In this document: positions 38,185 through 47,291 of the stretch, one piece after another
Position numbering within the stretch: the first letter of the stretch is position 1
Layout of the letters: each line of letters begins with the position of its first letter
From: Alphaproteobacteria bacterium
Lineage (GTDB): Bacteria > Pseudomonadota > Alphaproteobacteria > UBA9219 > RGZA01
NCBI GenBank assembly: GCA_010031785.1
Contig: RGZA01000001.1
Coordinates: 1-48,392 of the forward strand
Length of the DNA: 48,392 nt
Direction: 5' to 3'
The notes under the pieces: generated by a model
What the model saw: only the letters and a program-made list of their open reading frames with translations
Databases searched by the model: none
What the model was told of the DNA's origin: nothing
Program-made: the position numbers and the translations under genes

Positions 38185-38601
38185 ATGCAAGATATTCGCT
38201 GGAAGCAACGTTTTAATAACTATATCAAAGCCCTACAAAATTTGACAGAAGCTGTTGCATTGTCGCAAGAACGACCACTTTCAAAATTGGAACAGCAGGG
38301 ATTGATTCAAAGTTTTGAGTTCACGCATGAACTCGCGTGGAACGTACTGAAAGACTATTTGGAACATAAAGGAGCCGAGGGCTTAATTGGCTCAAAAGAT
38401 GCATCACGCGAAGCTTTTAAGAACGACCTGATTGAAGACGGCCTAACATGGATGGACATGATAAAATCGCGAAATCTCACCACTCATACCTACAACCCCG
38501 AAGTGGCCGAAAACATTACCATTGATGTGGTGGAGCGGTTTTACCCAGCCTTTGCAAGTATGGCTAAAAAATTCACCCCCATGTACGATGCGCAGGATTA
38601 G
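38185..38601 (+). CDS. HEPN-domain protein, HI0074 / nucleotidyltransferase-substrate-binding family (toxin of a HEPN/MNT pair)
   Basis: 138 aa. The start MQDIRWKQRFNNYIKAL and the segment FEFTHELAWNVLKDYLEHKG are typical of the family. The Rx4H motif is SRNLTTHTY. Confidence 0.85.
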   Translation: MQDIRWKQRFNNYIKALQNLTEAVALSQERPLSKLEQQGLIQSFEFTHELAWNVLKDYLEHKGAEGLIGSKDASREAFKNDLIEDGLTWMDMIKSRNLTTHTYNPEVAENITIDVVERFYPAFASMAKKFTPMYDAQD

Positions 38602-38604
38602 CTG

Positions 38605-40122
38605 ATGCAATACGGCCTTAGCAGCGATACCATTCAACGAATCAGCGGCGTGTTTTCGACATTCCCTGCCGTAGAAAAGGCGGTGCTGTATGGTTCGCGT
38701 GCCAAAGGTAATTATAAAACGGGGTCTGATATTGACCTGACCCTATACGGCGAGCAGCTCACCCCTGAGCTGTTGGGAGATATATCCGAAGCATTGGATA
38801 ATTTACTGCTGCCCTATACCATCGACCTGTCGCTTTTTGATGAGCTTGAACACGCCAAACTACGTGAACATATCGAACGTGTAGGTGTATCATTTTATAT
38901 GCGTGCGGAAACGAATACTCCGCGCGGTAGAAGCTGGCGGATGAAAAGATTAGGGGATATTTGTAAAACAGGGGCTGGCGGAACGCCGCTGACCTCAAAA
39001 GAAGAGTATTACGAACAAGGCACAATACCGTGGTTGCAGAGCGGCGAGGTCAATCAGGGTGAGATTTTTGCTGCTAAAAACTTTATCACACCGCTGGGAC
39101 TCGAAAACTCATCCGCCAAACTTTTCCCGAAGAACACGGTTTTAATCGCAATGTATGGGGCGAACGCTGGCGAAGCAGGCATACTTCGCTTTGAAGCATC
39201 CACTAATCAGGCGGTCTGTGGCATATTGCCCAGTGACTATTTTGAGCCAAAGTTCCTTTATTACCTTTTTCTTTCAAAATACGATGAGTTAGCGTCGCAG
39301 GCCGTGGGCAATGCTCAGCCAAACATCTCACAGGCAAAAATTAAAGATACGCTCGTGCCACTAGTAGATATTACCGAACAGCAGCGGATTGTGGCGGTGT
39401 TGGATGATGCGTTTGCGGGTATTGCGACCGCGACCGAGAACGCCAAAAAGAACCTACAAAACGCCCGCGAGCTGTTTGAAAGCCACCTGCAATCCATCTT
39501 CACAACCAAAGGCAATGGGTGGGAGGAGAAGAAGCTAGGCGATGTCGCACACCATTCTCTCGGAAAAATGCTTGATAAGGCTAAGAACAAAGGTGTCGCT
39601 AAAAAATATCTTCGCAACATCAATGTGCGCTGGCTCAACTGTGATTTGTCTGACCTTTTGGAAATGAGATTTCTGCCGGAAGAGGAAGAAAAATATACTG
39701 CAATCAAAGGAGATGTGCTGATTTGTGAAGGTGGCTATCCTGGTCGCGCAGCGATTTGGCAAGAAGACTATGCAATTCACTTCCAGAAAGCCCTTCACAG
39801 GGTGCGGTTCCGTGAGCCAAAATATAATAAGTACTTTGTATATTACTTATACTATCTAGAAAAATCGGGTTTGTTGAAGGCTCATTGTGCAGGTGCTGGC
39901 ATTCAACATTTTACTGGTCAGGCACTGCACAAACTTCCTTTAGTTATGCCTCCTCTGGAACAAATAGATGACATTGTTGCCCGCGTGGATACTCTCTCCA
40001 CCGAAACCAAGCGCCTTGAAGCCATTTACCAGCAAAAGCTGGAGATTCTGGCGGCATTGAAACAAGCTATTCTGCAAAAAGCATTTGCGGGTGAACTGCG
40101 CATGGATAGGTTGGCAGCATGA
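38605..40122 (+). CDS. hsdS: minimal nucleotidyltransferase (MNT, HI0073-like) fused in frame to the type I R-M specificity subunit HsdS
   Basis: 505-aa ORF. Aa 1-98 are MNT (VLYGSRAKGNYKTGSDIDLTL..., EHIERVGVSFY). From M99 (ATG at 38899) it is a normal two-TRD HsdS (SWRMKRLGDICKTGAGGTPL..., with conserved helices QQRIVAVLDDAF and ...LKQAILQKAFAGEL). There is no stop codon between the two parts. Confidence 0.8.
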   Translation: MQYGLSSDTIQRISGVFSTFPAVEKAVLYGSRAKGNYKTGSDIDLTLYGEQLTPELLGDISEALDNLLLPYTIDLSLFDELEHAKLREHIERVGVSFYMRAETNTPRGRSWRMKRLGDICKTGAGGTPLTSKEEYYEQGTIPWLQSGEVNQGEIFAAKNFITPLGLENSSAKLFPKNTVLIAMYGANAGEAGILRFEASTNQAVCGILPSDYFEPKFLYYLFLSKYDELASQAVGNAQPNISQAKIKDTLVPLVDITEQQRIVAVLDDAFAGIATATENAKKNLQNARELFESHLQSIFTTKGNGWEEKKLGDVAHHSLGKMLDKAKNKGVAKKYLRNINVRWLNCDLSDLLEMRFLPEEEEKYTAIKGDVLICEGGYPGRAAIWQEDYAIHFQKALHRVRFREPKYNKYFVYYLYYLEKSGLLKAHCAGAGIQHFTGQALHKLPLVMPPLEQIDDIVARVDTLSTETKRLEAIYQQKLEILAALKQAILQKAFAGELRMDRLAA

Positions 40123-41048
40123 GTATAAAAAGTTACTACCGCATCATGCTAGGCCAGAAGAGCGTTCATGCTGATGAGTGCTTTGCGGGCAACTTTATTG
40201 GAACAGATTTTGGTATTCATCAAAATCTTGCTCATAAATTGCCAGAGGAATGGCGCGCATTTAACAAAGAGTTCATCCCCATTTACCTTGCAGGTCATCC
40301 CGACAAAACCAAGATTAGTGCTGGTCTTGCTTGCGGTGCGCTATGGACAGTTTCTAAGGGCATACAGCAAGGGGATGTTGTGTTGTGTCCCGATGGTATG
40401 GGCAAATATCGTGTCGGTGAAGTTAACGGCGGATATTATTACGAAGAGGGAAAAATTCTGCCACACCGTCGGCCTGTCACATGGCTGAATGTTGTGATTG
40501 ACCGCGCAGAAATGAGCGAGGCGTTGCGTAACTCCACAGGCTCTATCGGCACAGCAAGCAACATCACCAAGCACAGTGATGAACTTGTTAAACTTATTGG
40601 CGGCGTATCTGCGCCTACGCTTATTTCGACGGACGCAACTGTTGAAGACCCATCTTCATTCGCGCTTGAAGCACATTTGGAAGAGTTTCTTGTTAAAAAT
40701 TGGGCGCATACTGAACTCGGTAAAGATTATGATATTTACGAGGAAGACGGTGTTAAGGCGCAGCAATACCAAACCGATACGGGGCCACTCGATATTTTGG
40801 CTATTAGCAAAGACAAAAAACGTCTTTTGGTTGTGGAGTTAAAGAAAGGCCGCGCCAGTGATGCAGTCGTTGGACAGACAATGCGCTACATGAGTTTTGT
40901 ACAGGACGAATTGGCGGATGATGGGCAGACGGTGCTTGGTGCAATTATCGCACATGAAGATGATCAAAAAATCCGCCGTGCATTATCAATGACGAATAAC
41001 ATCGTCTTCTATCGGTATAAAGTCAGCTTTAATTTGGTGAAGACATAA
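40119..41048 (+). CDS. hypothetical two-domain protein: unassigned N-terminal domain plus a C-terminal PD-(D/E)xK (NucS/DUF91-like) nuclease domain
   Basis: 309 aa. Its start overlaps the hsdS stop as ATGA, and a single nucleotide separates its stop from the hsdR start. The nuclease motif is TGPLDILAISKDKKRLLVVELKKGRASDAVVGQTMRYM. Confidence 0.7.
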   Translation: MSIKSYYRIMLGQKSVHADECFAGNFIGTDFGIHQNLAHKLPEEWRAFNKEFIPIYLAGHPDKTKISAGLACGALWTVSKGIQQGDVVLCPDGMGKYRVGEVNGGYYYEEGKILPHRRPVTWLNVVIDRAEMSEALRNSTGSIGTASNITKHSDELVKLIGGVSAPTLISTDATVEDPSSFALEAHLEEFLVKNWAHTELGKDYDIYEEDGVKAQQYQTDTGPLDILAISKDKKRLLVVELKKGRASDAVVGQTMRYMSFVQDELADDGQTVLGAIIAHEDDQKIRRALSMTNNIVFYRYKVSFNLVKT

Positions 41049-41049
41049 T

Positions 41050-43377
41050 ATGAATGAAGCTGAAACCCGCGCCGAGTTGATTGACCCCGCATTGAAAGCG
41101 GCGGGGTGGGGCGTGGTCGAGGGCAGCCGCATCCAGCGGGAATACCATATTACCCAAGGGCGGCTGGAAGGTGCTGGCAAGCGCAGTAAGCCCATGATTG
41201 CGGATTATGTGCTGATGTATCGCAACACTAAGTTGGCGGTGATTGAGGCCAAGAAGCGCGACCTGCCCGTGAGCGATGGCGCAGCCCAAGCCAAAACCTA
41301 TGCCGAGAAGCTGAGCATCCGCACCGCCTATGCCACCAATGGCGCAGCGGTTTACCGCATTGACATGGAAACTGGAGAGGAGGGCGAGCTTACTTGCTAT
41401 CCCACACCTAACGAGTTATGGAACATCACCTTCGCCAAAGAGAATGCATGGCGCGACCGTTTTGCTGCTGTTCCATATGAAGATAGCGGTGGGCAAAAAC
41501 CTGCGCGGTATTATCAAGACAATGCAGTAAGCAAAACATTAGAAGCAATCGCCGATGGCAAAGACCGTGTGTTGCTGACGCTAGCAACAGGTACAGGCAA
41601 AACCTTTATTGCCTTTCAGTTGGCGTGGAAGCTATTTCAAAGCCGTTGGAATCTAAGTCGTGAGCCAGTGCGCCGTCCGCGCATTCTTTTTCTAGCCGAC
41701 CGCAACATCCTTGCCGACCAAGCCTATAACTCTTTCTCCGCCTTCTCCGAAGATGCACTTGTGCGGATTGCACCTGACGAAATTCGTAAAAAAGGTCGTG
41801 TGCCGAAGAACGGCAACATCTTCTTTACCATTTTTCAAACTTTCATGAGTGGCACGGATGCCGAGGGTAAGCCTGCGCCAAACTTTGGTGACTATCCCCC
41901 TGACTTCTTCGATTTCATTATCATTGACGAGTGCCATCGCGGTGGTGCGAATGATGAGGGAAACTGGCGTGGGATTTTGGAGTATTTTTCACCCGCTGTG
42001 CAGCTTGGCCTCACCGCCACGCCCAAGCGCAAGGGCAACGTCGATACCTATCGCTATTTCGGCGACCCAGTTTACATCTACTCCCTTAAAGAGGGCATCA
42101 ATGACGGATTCCTTACTCCATTCAAGGTCAAGCAAATCGCCACCACGCTGGATGATTACGTTTACACACGCGATGACGAAATTATCGAGGGCGACTTAGA
42201 AGAAGGCAAGCGTTATACCGAAAGTGACTTTAACCGTATCATTGAGATTAAAGAGCGCGAGCGATACCGCGTGAAACTGTTCATGGATGCCATCGATCAG
42301 CGCGAGAAGACGATTGTGTTCTGCGCCACGCAAGACCACGCCGCTGCTGTGCGTGACCTTATCAACCAAACGAAGACTAGCCCCAATCCTAACTACTGCG
42401 AGCGCGTGACTGCCCGCGATGGTGCGCTGGGCGAACAGCACCTCAAAGCGTTTCAGGATAATGAAAAGACTATCCCGACCATTCTCACCACCTCGCAAAA
42501 ACTATCGACTGGGGTGGATGCCCGCAATGTTCGCAACATCGTGTTGATGCGTCCCGTAAACTCAATGATTGAGTTCAAACAAATTATCGGGCGCGGCACG
42601 CGCTTGTTTGATGGCAAGGATTACTTCACCATCTACGATTTCGTGAGGGCTTACGAGCATTTCAGCGACCCAGAGTGGGATGGTGAGCCAGTCGAGCCAA
42701 CCCCAACCACCAAGAAGGGTAGCGAAGGCACGGAAGCGCCCAAGCCAGACGAAGGCTTAGAGGGCAGTGAAGAACCAAAGCAACGCCCAAAGAAAATAAA
42801 AATCAAATTGGCGGATGGTAAGGAGCGCACCATTCAAAGCATGATGGCCACCACCTTCTGGGGTGCAGATGGCAGACCGTTGTCAGCAGCCGAATTCTTA
42901 CAAAATCTATTCGGTGAGTTGCCTGAGCTGTTCAAGGATGAAGACGAACTGCGCGCAATATGGAGTAAACCAGATACACGCAAGGCGCTGCTCGACAAGC
43001 TATCGGAAAAAGGGTTCGGCACAGAGCAGCTTACTGAAATCAAACGGATGATTGATGCGGAGAAAAGCGACCTGTTCGATGTGTTGGCTTACGTCGCCTT
43101 TGCGCTCAGCCCCATCACACGGCAGGATAGAGTTGCCAAGCAGAAGAGCCAAATTTTTGCCCATTACGAGGACAAGCAGCGCGAGTTTCTTGATTTTGTC
43201 CTGTCGCAGTATGTGAAGGAAGGCGAGAAAGAACTCGACCAAGCCAAACTGCCGATACTGTTAGAGCTAAAATATCAGGCTGTGGGTGATGCCACCGAAC
43301 GACTAGGCAGCATTGCCTCCATCCGTGGCGTGTTCATGGGCTTCCAGCAGTATTTGTATGTGCGTGACGTCATTTAA
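41050..43377 (+). CDS. hsdR: type I restriction enzyme endonuclease/translocase subunit
   Basis: 775 aa with an HsdR N-terminus (MNEAETRAELIDPALKAAGW), an SF2 motor (LATGTGKTFIAF, IIIDECHRG, QIIGRGTRL) and an EcoEI_R_C-like tail (SDLFDVLAYVAF). Confidence 0.95.
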   Translation: MNEAETRAELIDPALKAAGWGVVEGSRIQREYHITQGRLEGAGKRSKPMIADYVLMYRNTKLAVIEAKKRDLPVSDGAAQAKTYAEKLSIRTAYATNGAAVYRIDMETGEEGELTCYPTPNELWNITFAKENAWRDRFAAVPYEDSGGQKPARYYQDNAVSKTLEAIADGKDRVLLTLATGTGKTFIAFQLAWKLFQSRWNLSREPVRRPRILFLADRNILADQAYNSFSAFSEDALVRIAPDEIRKKGRVPKNGNIFFTIFQTFMSGTDAEGKPAPNFGDYPPDFFDFIIIDECHRGGANDEGNWRGILEYFSPAVQLGLTATPKRKGNVDTYRYFGDPVYIYSLKEGINDGFLTPFKVKQIATTLDDYVYTRDDEIIEGDLEEGKRYTESDFNRIIEIKERERYRVKLFMDAIDQREKTIVFCATQDHAAAVRDLINQTKTSPNPNYCERVTARDGALGEQHLKAFQDNEKTIPTILTTSQKLSTGVDARNVRNIVLMRPVNSMIEFKQIIGRGTRLFDGKDYFTIYDFVRAYEHFSDPEWDGEPVEPTPTTKKGSEGTEAPKPDEGLEGSEEPKQRPKKIKIKLADGKERTIQSMMATTFWGADGRPLSAAEFLQNLFGELPELFKDEDELRAIWSKPDTRKALLDKLSEKGFGTEQLTEIKRMIDAEKSDLFDVLAYVAFALSPITRQDRVAKQKSQIFAHYEDKQREFLDFVLSQYVKEGEKELDQAKLPILLELKYQAVGDATERLGSIASIRGVFMGFQQYLYVRDVI

Positions 43378-43591
43378 AGGAACCCAACTCTTCCTTCTGC
43401 TGCCGCATCGCCTGATTTATATTCTTAATAAATGCTCGTATCTCGCGCCATTTGCCACCTTTGTTGGCATTACGCGCTGCACGGATTTTACCTTCATTCG
43501 TGCGTGGGCCGGTGGATCGCGTCCATGGTTGCCATCGCCGGATCGCCTCGGCCTGTTGCGCCCGTCGTTCCGATGTCCATTCCTTGCTCAT
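43370..43591 (-). CDS. small conserved mobile-element hypothetical protein
   Basis: 73 aa and basic (WTSERRAQQAEAIRRWQPWTRSTGPRTNEGKIRAARNANKGG). It overlaps the 3' end of the preceding ORF in another frame, so it may be a separate gene or a frameshifted continuation. Confidence 0.4.
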   Translation of the reverse strand: MSKEWTSERRAQQAEAIRRWQPWTRSTGPRTNEGKIRAARNANKGGKWREIRAFIKNINQAMRQQKEELGSFK

Positions 43592-44297
43592 GTTGATCCT
43601 CCAATAGTTCGTTTTGCACAGAATCTGAATTTCCCGCGCGCGCGTGCGTATTGCTATAAAAACCCCCGTCTGACTTGTTCACGGTATTGTTGACCTGTTG
43701 CGGCCCGTTGGCGATATTGGCTTGCTTTGCAAAAACCACAGGCGGGTTTTTAATCGCCGCCAATGTTTCCAGCGTCGCGCGGCATTGCCCCTGTGCTTTT
43801 AAGGCAAGGCGCATATAACGGTCTGCGGCATCAAGATATTCGCCCATATTGAGTTGTGCGCGGCGTGCCAGTGAAGCGAATATAGAGTCTAATGCAAGTG
43901 CTTGGCTGTAGCCACCATCGGCGCGGATATCGACGCCAGCAGCAACACGTCCTGCGCTGTTTTTTAATCCATCATGATGTTTAAAAAGATAATGCCAGCC
44001 GCCAGAGCGTGTGCCGTGAACCCGTGTTTTTGGAATCTTTGTACCATGTTCAGCAAGCCACTTGTCACCACCGTGACGGGGATCGATATCAAGCACATCA
44101 AGTCCTGACAGTGCGCCTGTTGGTACGCCAATTAATGACGCAGGGTATTTTGTGAAAAGCTGTTTGACGGATTTCCCATCACAAGTTGCATCCTTGAATC
44201 CATGGGGGCATGCTGGTTTTTTATCCTCACGGACGGGGAAAACTGGAAGCCCATGCGCAGCTAAGGCTAGGGCTTTGTCAAATATTCTGTCACTCAT
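43494..44297 (-). CDS. bifunctional primase-polymerase (PrimPol) N-terminal domain, truncated and joined to unrelated sequence
   Basis: The PrimPol pattern (HGLPVFPVREDKKPACPHGFKDAT..., GLDVLDIDPRHGG, THGTRSGGWHYLF, GVDIRADGGY) breaks off before the expected PPS motif. The remaining about 140 aa are unrelated. I place the start at the ATG at 44297; the track ORF extends to 44357. Confidence 0.6.
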   Translation of the reverse strand: MSDRIFDKALALAAHGLPVFPVREDKKPACPHGFKDATCDGKSVKQLFTKYPASLIGVPTGALSGLDVLDIDPRHGGDKWLAEHGTKIPKTRVHGTRSGGWHYLFKHHDGLKNSAGRVAAGVDIRADGGYSQALALDSIFASLARRAQLNMGEYLDAADRYMRLALKAQGQCRATLETLAAIKNPPVVFAKQANIANGPQQVNNTVNKSDGGFYSNTHARAGNSDSVQNELLEDQHEQGMDIGTTGATGRGDPAMATMDAIHRPTHE

Positions 44298-44493
44298 GGC
44301 TATCACCGCTTTCTTTGCGGTGGGTTTCGAGCCACTCCAAAACATCTTTCTTGGCAATCAGGCGGCGGCTGCCAACCTTAAATGATTTAAGCTCTTTGTT
44401 TTTTAGGGCTTCCCAGATAGTAGCGGCAGATAATCCCACCGCATGGGCAAGCGGCTTTACGCCATATGCCAATTTTTCATCACTTAACTGCAT
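44290..44493 (-). CDS. excisionase-family helix-turn-helix DNA-binding protein
   Basis: 67 aa. VKPLAHAVGLSAATIWEALKNKELKSFKVGSRRLIAKKDVLEWLE is an HTH_17/excisionase-like pattern. It overlaps the PrimPol start by 8 nt. Confidence 0.75.
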   Translation of the reverse strand: MQLSDEKLAYGVKPLAHAVGLSAATIWEALKNKELKSFKVGSRRLIAKKDVLEWLETHRKESGDSHE

Positions 44494-44603
44494 TCACTTC
44501 TCCATAGTGTTTGAAGGAATCCGTTTGGATTGCTTCGTGTTGCTATGGGGTATTTTGTATTAGTTCTTGAAAGCTGTCATTTTGTGTACAGCGACAAATA
44601 GCT

Positions 44604-45311
44604 TTATTTTATTTTGCGATTTGTCGTTTTTGAGAACTTAACTTTGCGCTGCACCCTTTTTAAGGCTGCGCTCGCTTTAGGTTTTTTTTGTAGTAATTCG
44701 ATATTTTCTAAATGCTCTAAGCATAAGTCTGTAAACTTACCTTTATGTTTTTTAGAAAAAAATTCAGAAGCTATCTCCCCTAGTTTGTCGCAAATATAAG
44801 TCATGCTTTTATTTTCCGACTTCTTTTTTATTGTATTGGGCGTGTTGTTTTTAATGTTTTTTACGCGTATTTTTAACAATAACACCTCATGAAGCGCATT
44901 ATTTAAATGTGATAAATTTGAGTGATATTTTTTATATTCTTCGAGTAATTCATATTTGATGTTTTGATGATTATCTTCTAGTTCCGAATCCTCTGTCCAT
45001 CCAATCGAAGAATGCAATTCATCGCAGGCATTAATAACCCTAGTTAATTTTTTTATTAATTCTTTATTCGATAGAGTGCTTCTCTCTTGCCATAATCTAT
45101 AATACTCAGTGCTATTGTTTAATTGGTGCGCTAAGGCCTCATAAAGAGTGCAGGATTTTTTAATAAGTTTATCACCGCTTTCATCAGAAACCCGATCAAC
45201 TACAATTTCATCAGGGTCTTTGCCAAAAAGTTTAATTAATCTAAGAATAAATTCTTTATCGAAATATGTGGCATTAAAAATAATGCCACATCCTGAATGA
45301 TTAGCAGTCAT
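44604..45311 (-). CDS. hypothetical protein (very AT-rich orphan)
   Basis: Open frame of about 235 aa from the ATG at 45311, preceded by GGAGGG; the track ORF starts at 45353. I recognise no motif. Confidence 0.5.
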   Translation of the reverse strand: MTANHSGCGIIFNATYFDKEFILRLIKLFGKDPDEIVVDRVSDESGDKLIKKSCTLYEALAHQLNNSTEYYRLWQERSTLSNKELIKKLTRVINACDELHSSIGWTEDSELEDNHQNIKYELLEEYKKYHSNLSHLNNALHEVLLLKIRVKNIKNNTPNTIKKKSENKSMTYICDKLGEIASEFFSKKHKGKFTDLCLEHLENIELLQKKPKASAALKRVQRKVKFSKTTNRKIK

Positions 45312-45588
45312 AAGCCCTCCGCAAGGCATCCGCATGAAAAAGAAGCGCGGCAACCTGTTGCGGGAACAAGCTTTCAGTCGGCCAACCTAGCCGCGCATAG
45401 GTATTATAGCTTAATTGAAACAATAGAGAAATATTCGAAACTGCATCCCTATGCGTCCGGCGCGGTTTGACTATCAATGCAGGGCTTGAACACGTTTAAA
45501 ATATACGCAATGCTAATATGGTTTAAGGCTGGGTGGTTTTGCTCTATTCCCCCTGCGCCTATGCACCACCAATCCCACGAGGGTTAAT

Positions 45589-46323
45589 ATGTTTCAGCAA
45601 TGCTTGAATTTTGCAAAAGGCCTTTATGGTCAAAAAACACCGCCTCAGATTAACACGCGGCACAATCAATCAGAGATTAAACATGTATTGCAGGGGGATC
45701 ATTCTCTAAAACGCATTCCGCGTTATTTACAACTGGCGCGTTCTATCCACGCGCATTTTATAAACAAAGAAGAAAAGCAAACCGCACGCTATAAAGCAGC
45801 TGAGGCATTAGCTGCACGCAAAAATGAAATCATCATGCAAGCCTTACAAGATGTGCTGAGCTTTTGTGACATGTTACGCAGCGTGCCGGAGCTGGGCGCA
45901 AGGCTGGATAAAAAAACAGAAGCTATTACGCAGCGTTTATTCAGCAATCGCAGCCAATTCCTTATGGAGCAAGGCGAATTTATTGCCGTGAGTTATGCCG
46001 TGCCCCAATACCATGTGGATTTGCGTGCGCCCGATCATATAAGTTTAAGGGGTGCAGATTATGCGTATCTGCATATAAGCTTTAATCCGGTAAAGTTTGC
46101 GGTGGTTAATGATGCTGCTGCAAAACAATCAACCATCACCAAGTATTTGGTGGTTAAACAATACCGCCTTGTTGCGGGTGATGGGTTTATGCACTTTCAA
46201 TCCAAGGAAGGCATTCCTGCTGACCCTGTCGCGGATATTCTTACCGAATTAAGGGTAATGCTTGGGCATGATTTTTTTGAGGGAAATCTTTTGCCTTATC
46301 TTGAAGAAACAATAGTGAGTTAA
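45589..46323 (+). CDS. hypothetical protein
   Basis: 244-aa ORF divergent from the previous gene. I recognise no motif. Confidence 0.5.
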   Translation: MFQQCLNFAKGLYGQKTPPQINTRHNQSEIKHVLQGDHSLKRIPRYLQLARSIHAHFINKEEKQTARYKAAEALAARKNEIIMQALQDVLSFCDMLRSVPELGARLDKKTEAITQRLFSNRSQFLMEQGEFIAVSYAVPQYHVDLRAPDHISLRGADYAYLHISFNPVKFAVVNDAAAKQSTITKYLVVKQYRLVAGDGFMHFQSKEGIPADPVADILTELRVMLGHDFFEGNLLPYLEETIVS

Positions 46324-46513
46324 GCCCATGATGCGGTAGGGGCAATCCAAGCATCTATAGCTGCAAGCCCGTCTGGATGTTAGTATCAAAACTAGTTGCT
46401 TATTAGTAAATTAGCCATTTCTGCCCCGTGGGCGTACCAAGATTTGGCGAATTACTTTCAATTTAAAATGATATGATGATTTCAGGCATTAAGAATTAGC
46501 GGCGGAAATAGAA

Positions 46514-47125
46514 ATGACGATTATAGAGAAAACAGACACACCCGTTGCATGGGCTTATGGTGAGCAACGTGAGCATACCCAACAACTTTCCCCGGGCGCT
46601 GAATGCACCAGCGTGGGTACATTCATTGGAACCTATATTGTAGATGGAACTGAGTATGTTGCAGTTACCTCTAAAGATTGCACCATTCAGACGAATGCAG
46701 CGCAATTGGGTGAACGGCCTGCAAATTTTGCTATCAAAACCGAAGCCGGGCTTAGCCAAGGATTAAAAGATGGTAGCGTTCACGAAAACACATGGGTAAT
46801 ACCGCCTGCGCTTATAGCACAAAGCATGATAGCCTTACAAAGTAAATGGCCACCACAATATAGAGAAGGCGTTCTTTATGATAACGCACCTCAAGGCTTC
46901 AGGGCACTTGCGGTAGAAACCACCACTACTTCTAATGCAAAACCAAGACTTACACAGATGCTGCTTGCAGGCTGGAAAGCATTATCACGCCAGTCTACTG
47001 AAAAGACTGTAACCGCGATCGAGCATGGCAGTGCCAAGTCAATAGTCGTACCAGAACATAAGACAGCATTGCGTCCTATTCGACTTATACCAATGCAAGC
47101 CTGGAATACAGGATACGCAAGGTGA
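46514..47125 (+). CDS. hypothetical protein
   Basis: 203-aa ORF. I recognise no motif. Confidence 0.45.
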   Translation: MTIIEKTDTPVAWAYGEQREHTQQLSPGAECTSVGTFIGTYIVDGTEYVAVTSKDCTIQTNAAQLGERPANFAIKTEAGLSQGLKDGSVHENTWVIPPALIAQSMIALQSKWPPQYREGVLYDNAPQGFRALAVETTTTSNAKPRLTQMLLAGWKALSRQSTEKTVTAIEHGSAKSIVVPEHKTALRPIRLIPMQAWNTGYAR

Positions 47126-47291
47126 GCGCGGATTGCCCAAGCGTCCATGGGGCAGGGTGATGAACAACTTTCTGAATACTGGAGCCCTTGCCACGCTCTT
47201 TCATCGACTTTTTGTTCGCAAGAATAAGCCTAGAATTGCTTTCATATTTATATGGTAGGTTTTTTCAAAATAAACTTCGTTAGATATAAAT

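Noticed and set aside
45546-45563. Second att-like sequence ATTCCCCCTGCGCC resembling the tRNA 3' end
   Set aside because: Only about 10 of 12 positions match, a gap is required, and the flanks do not match. This is not distinguishable from chance by eye.
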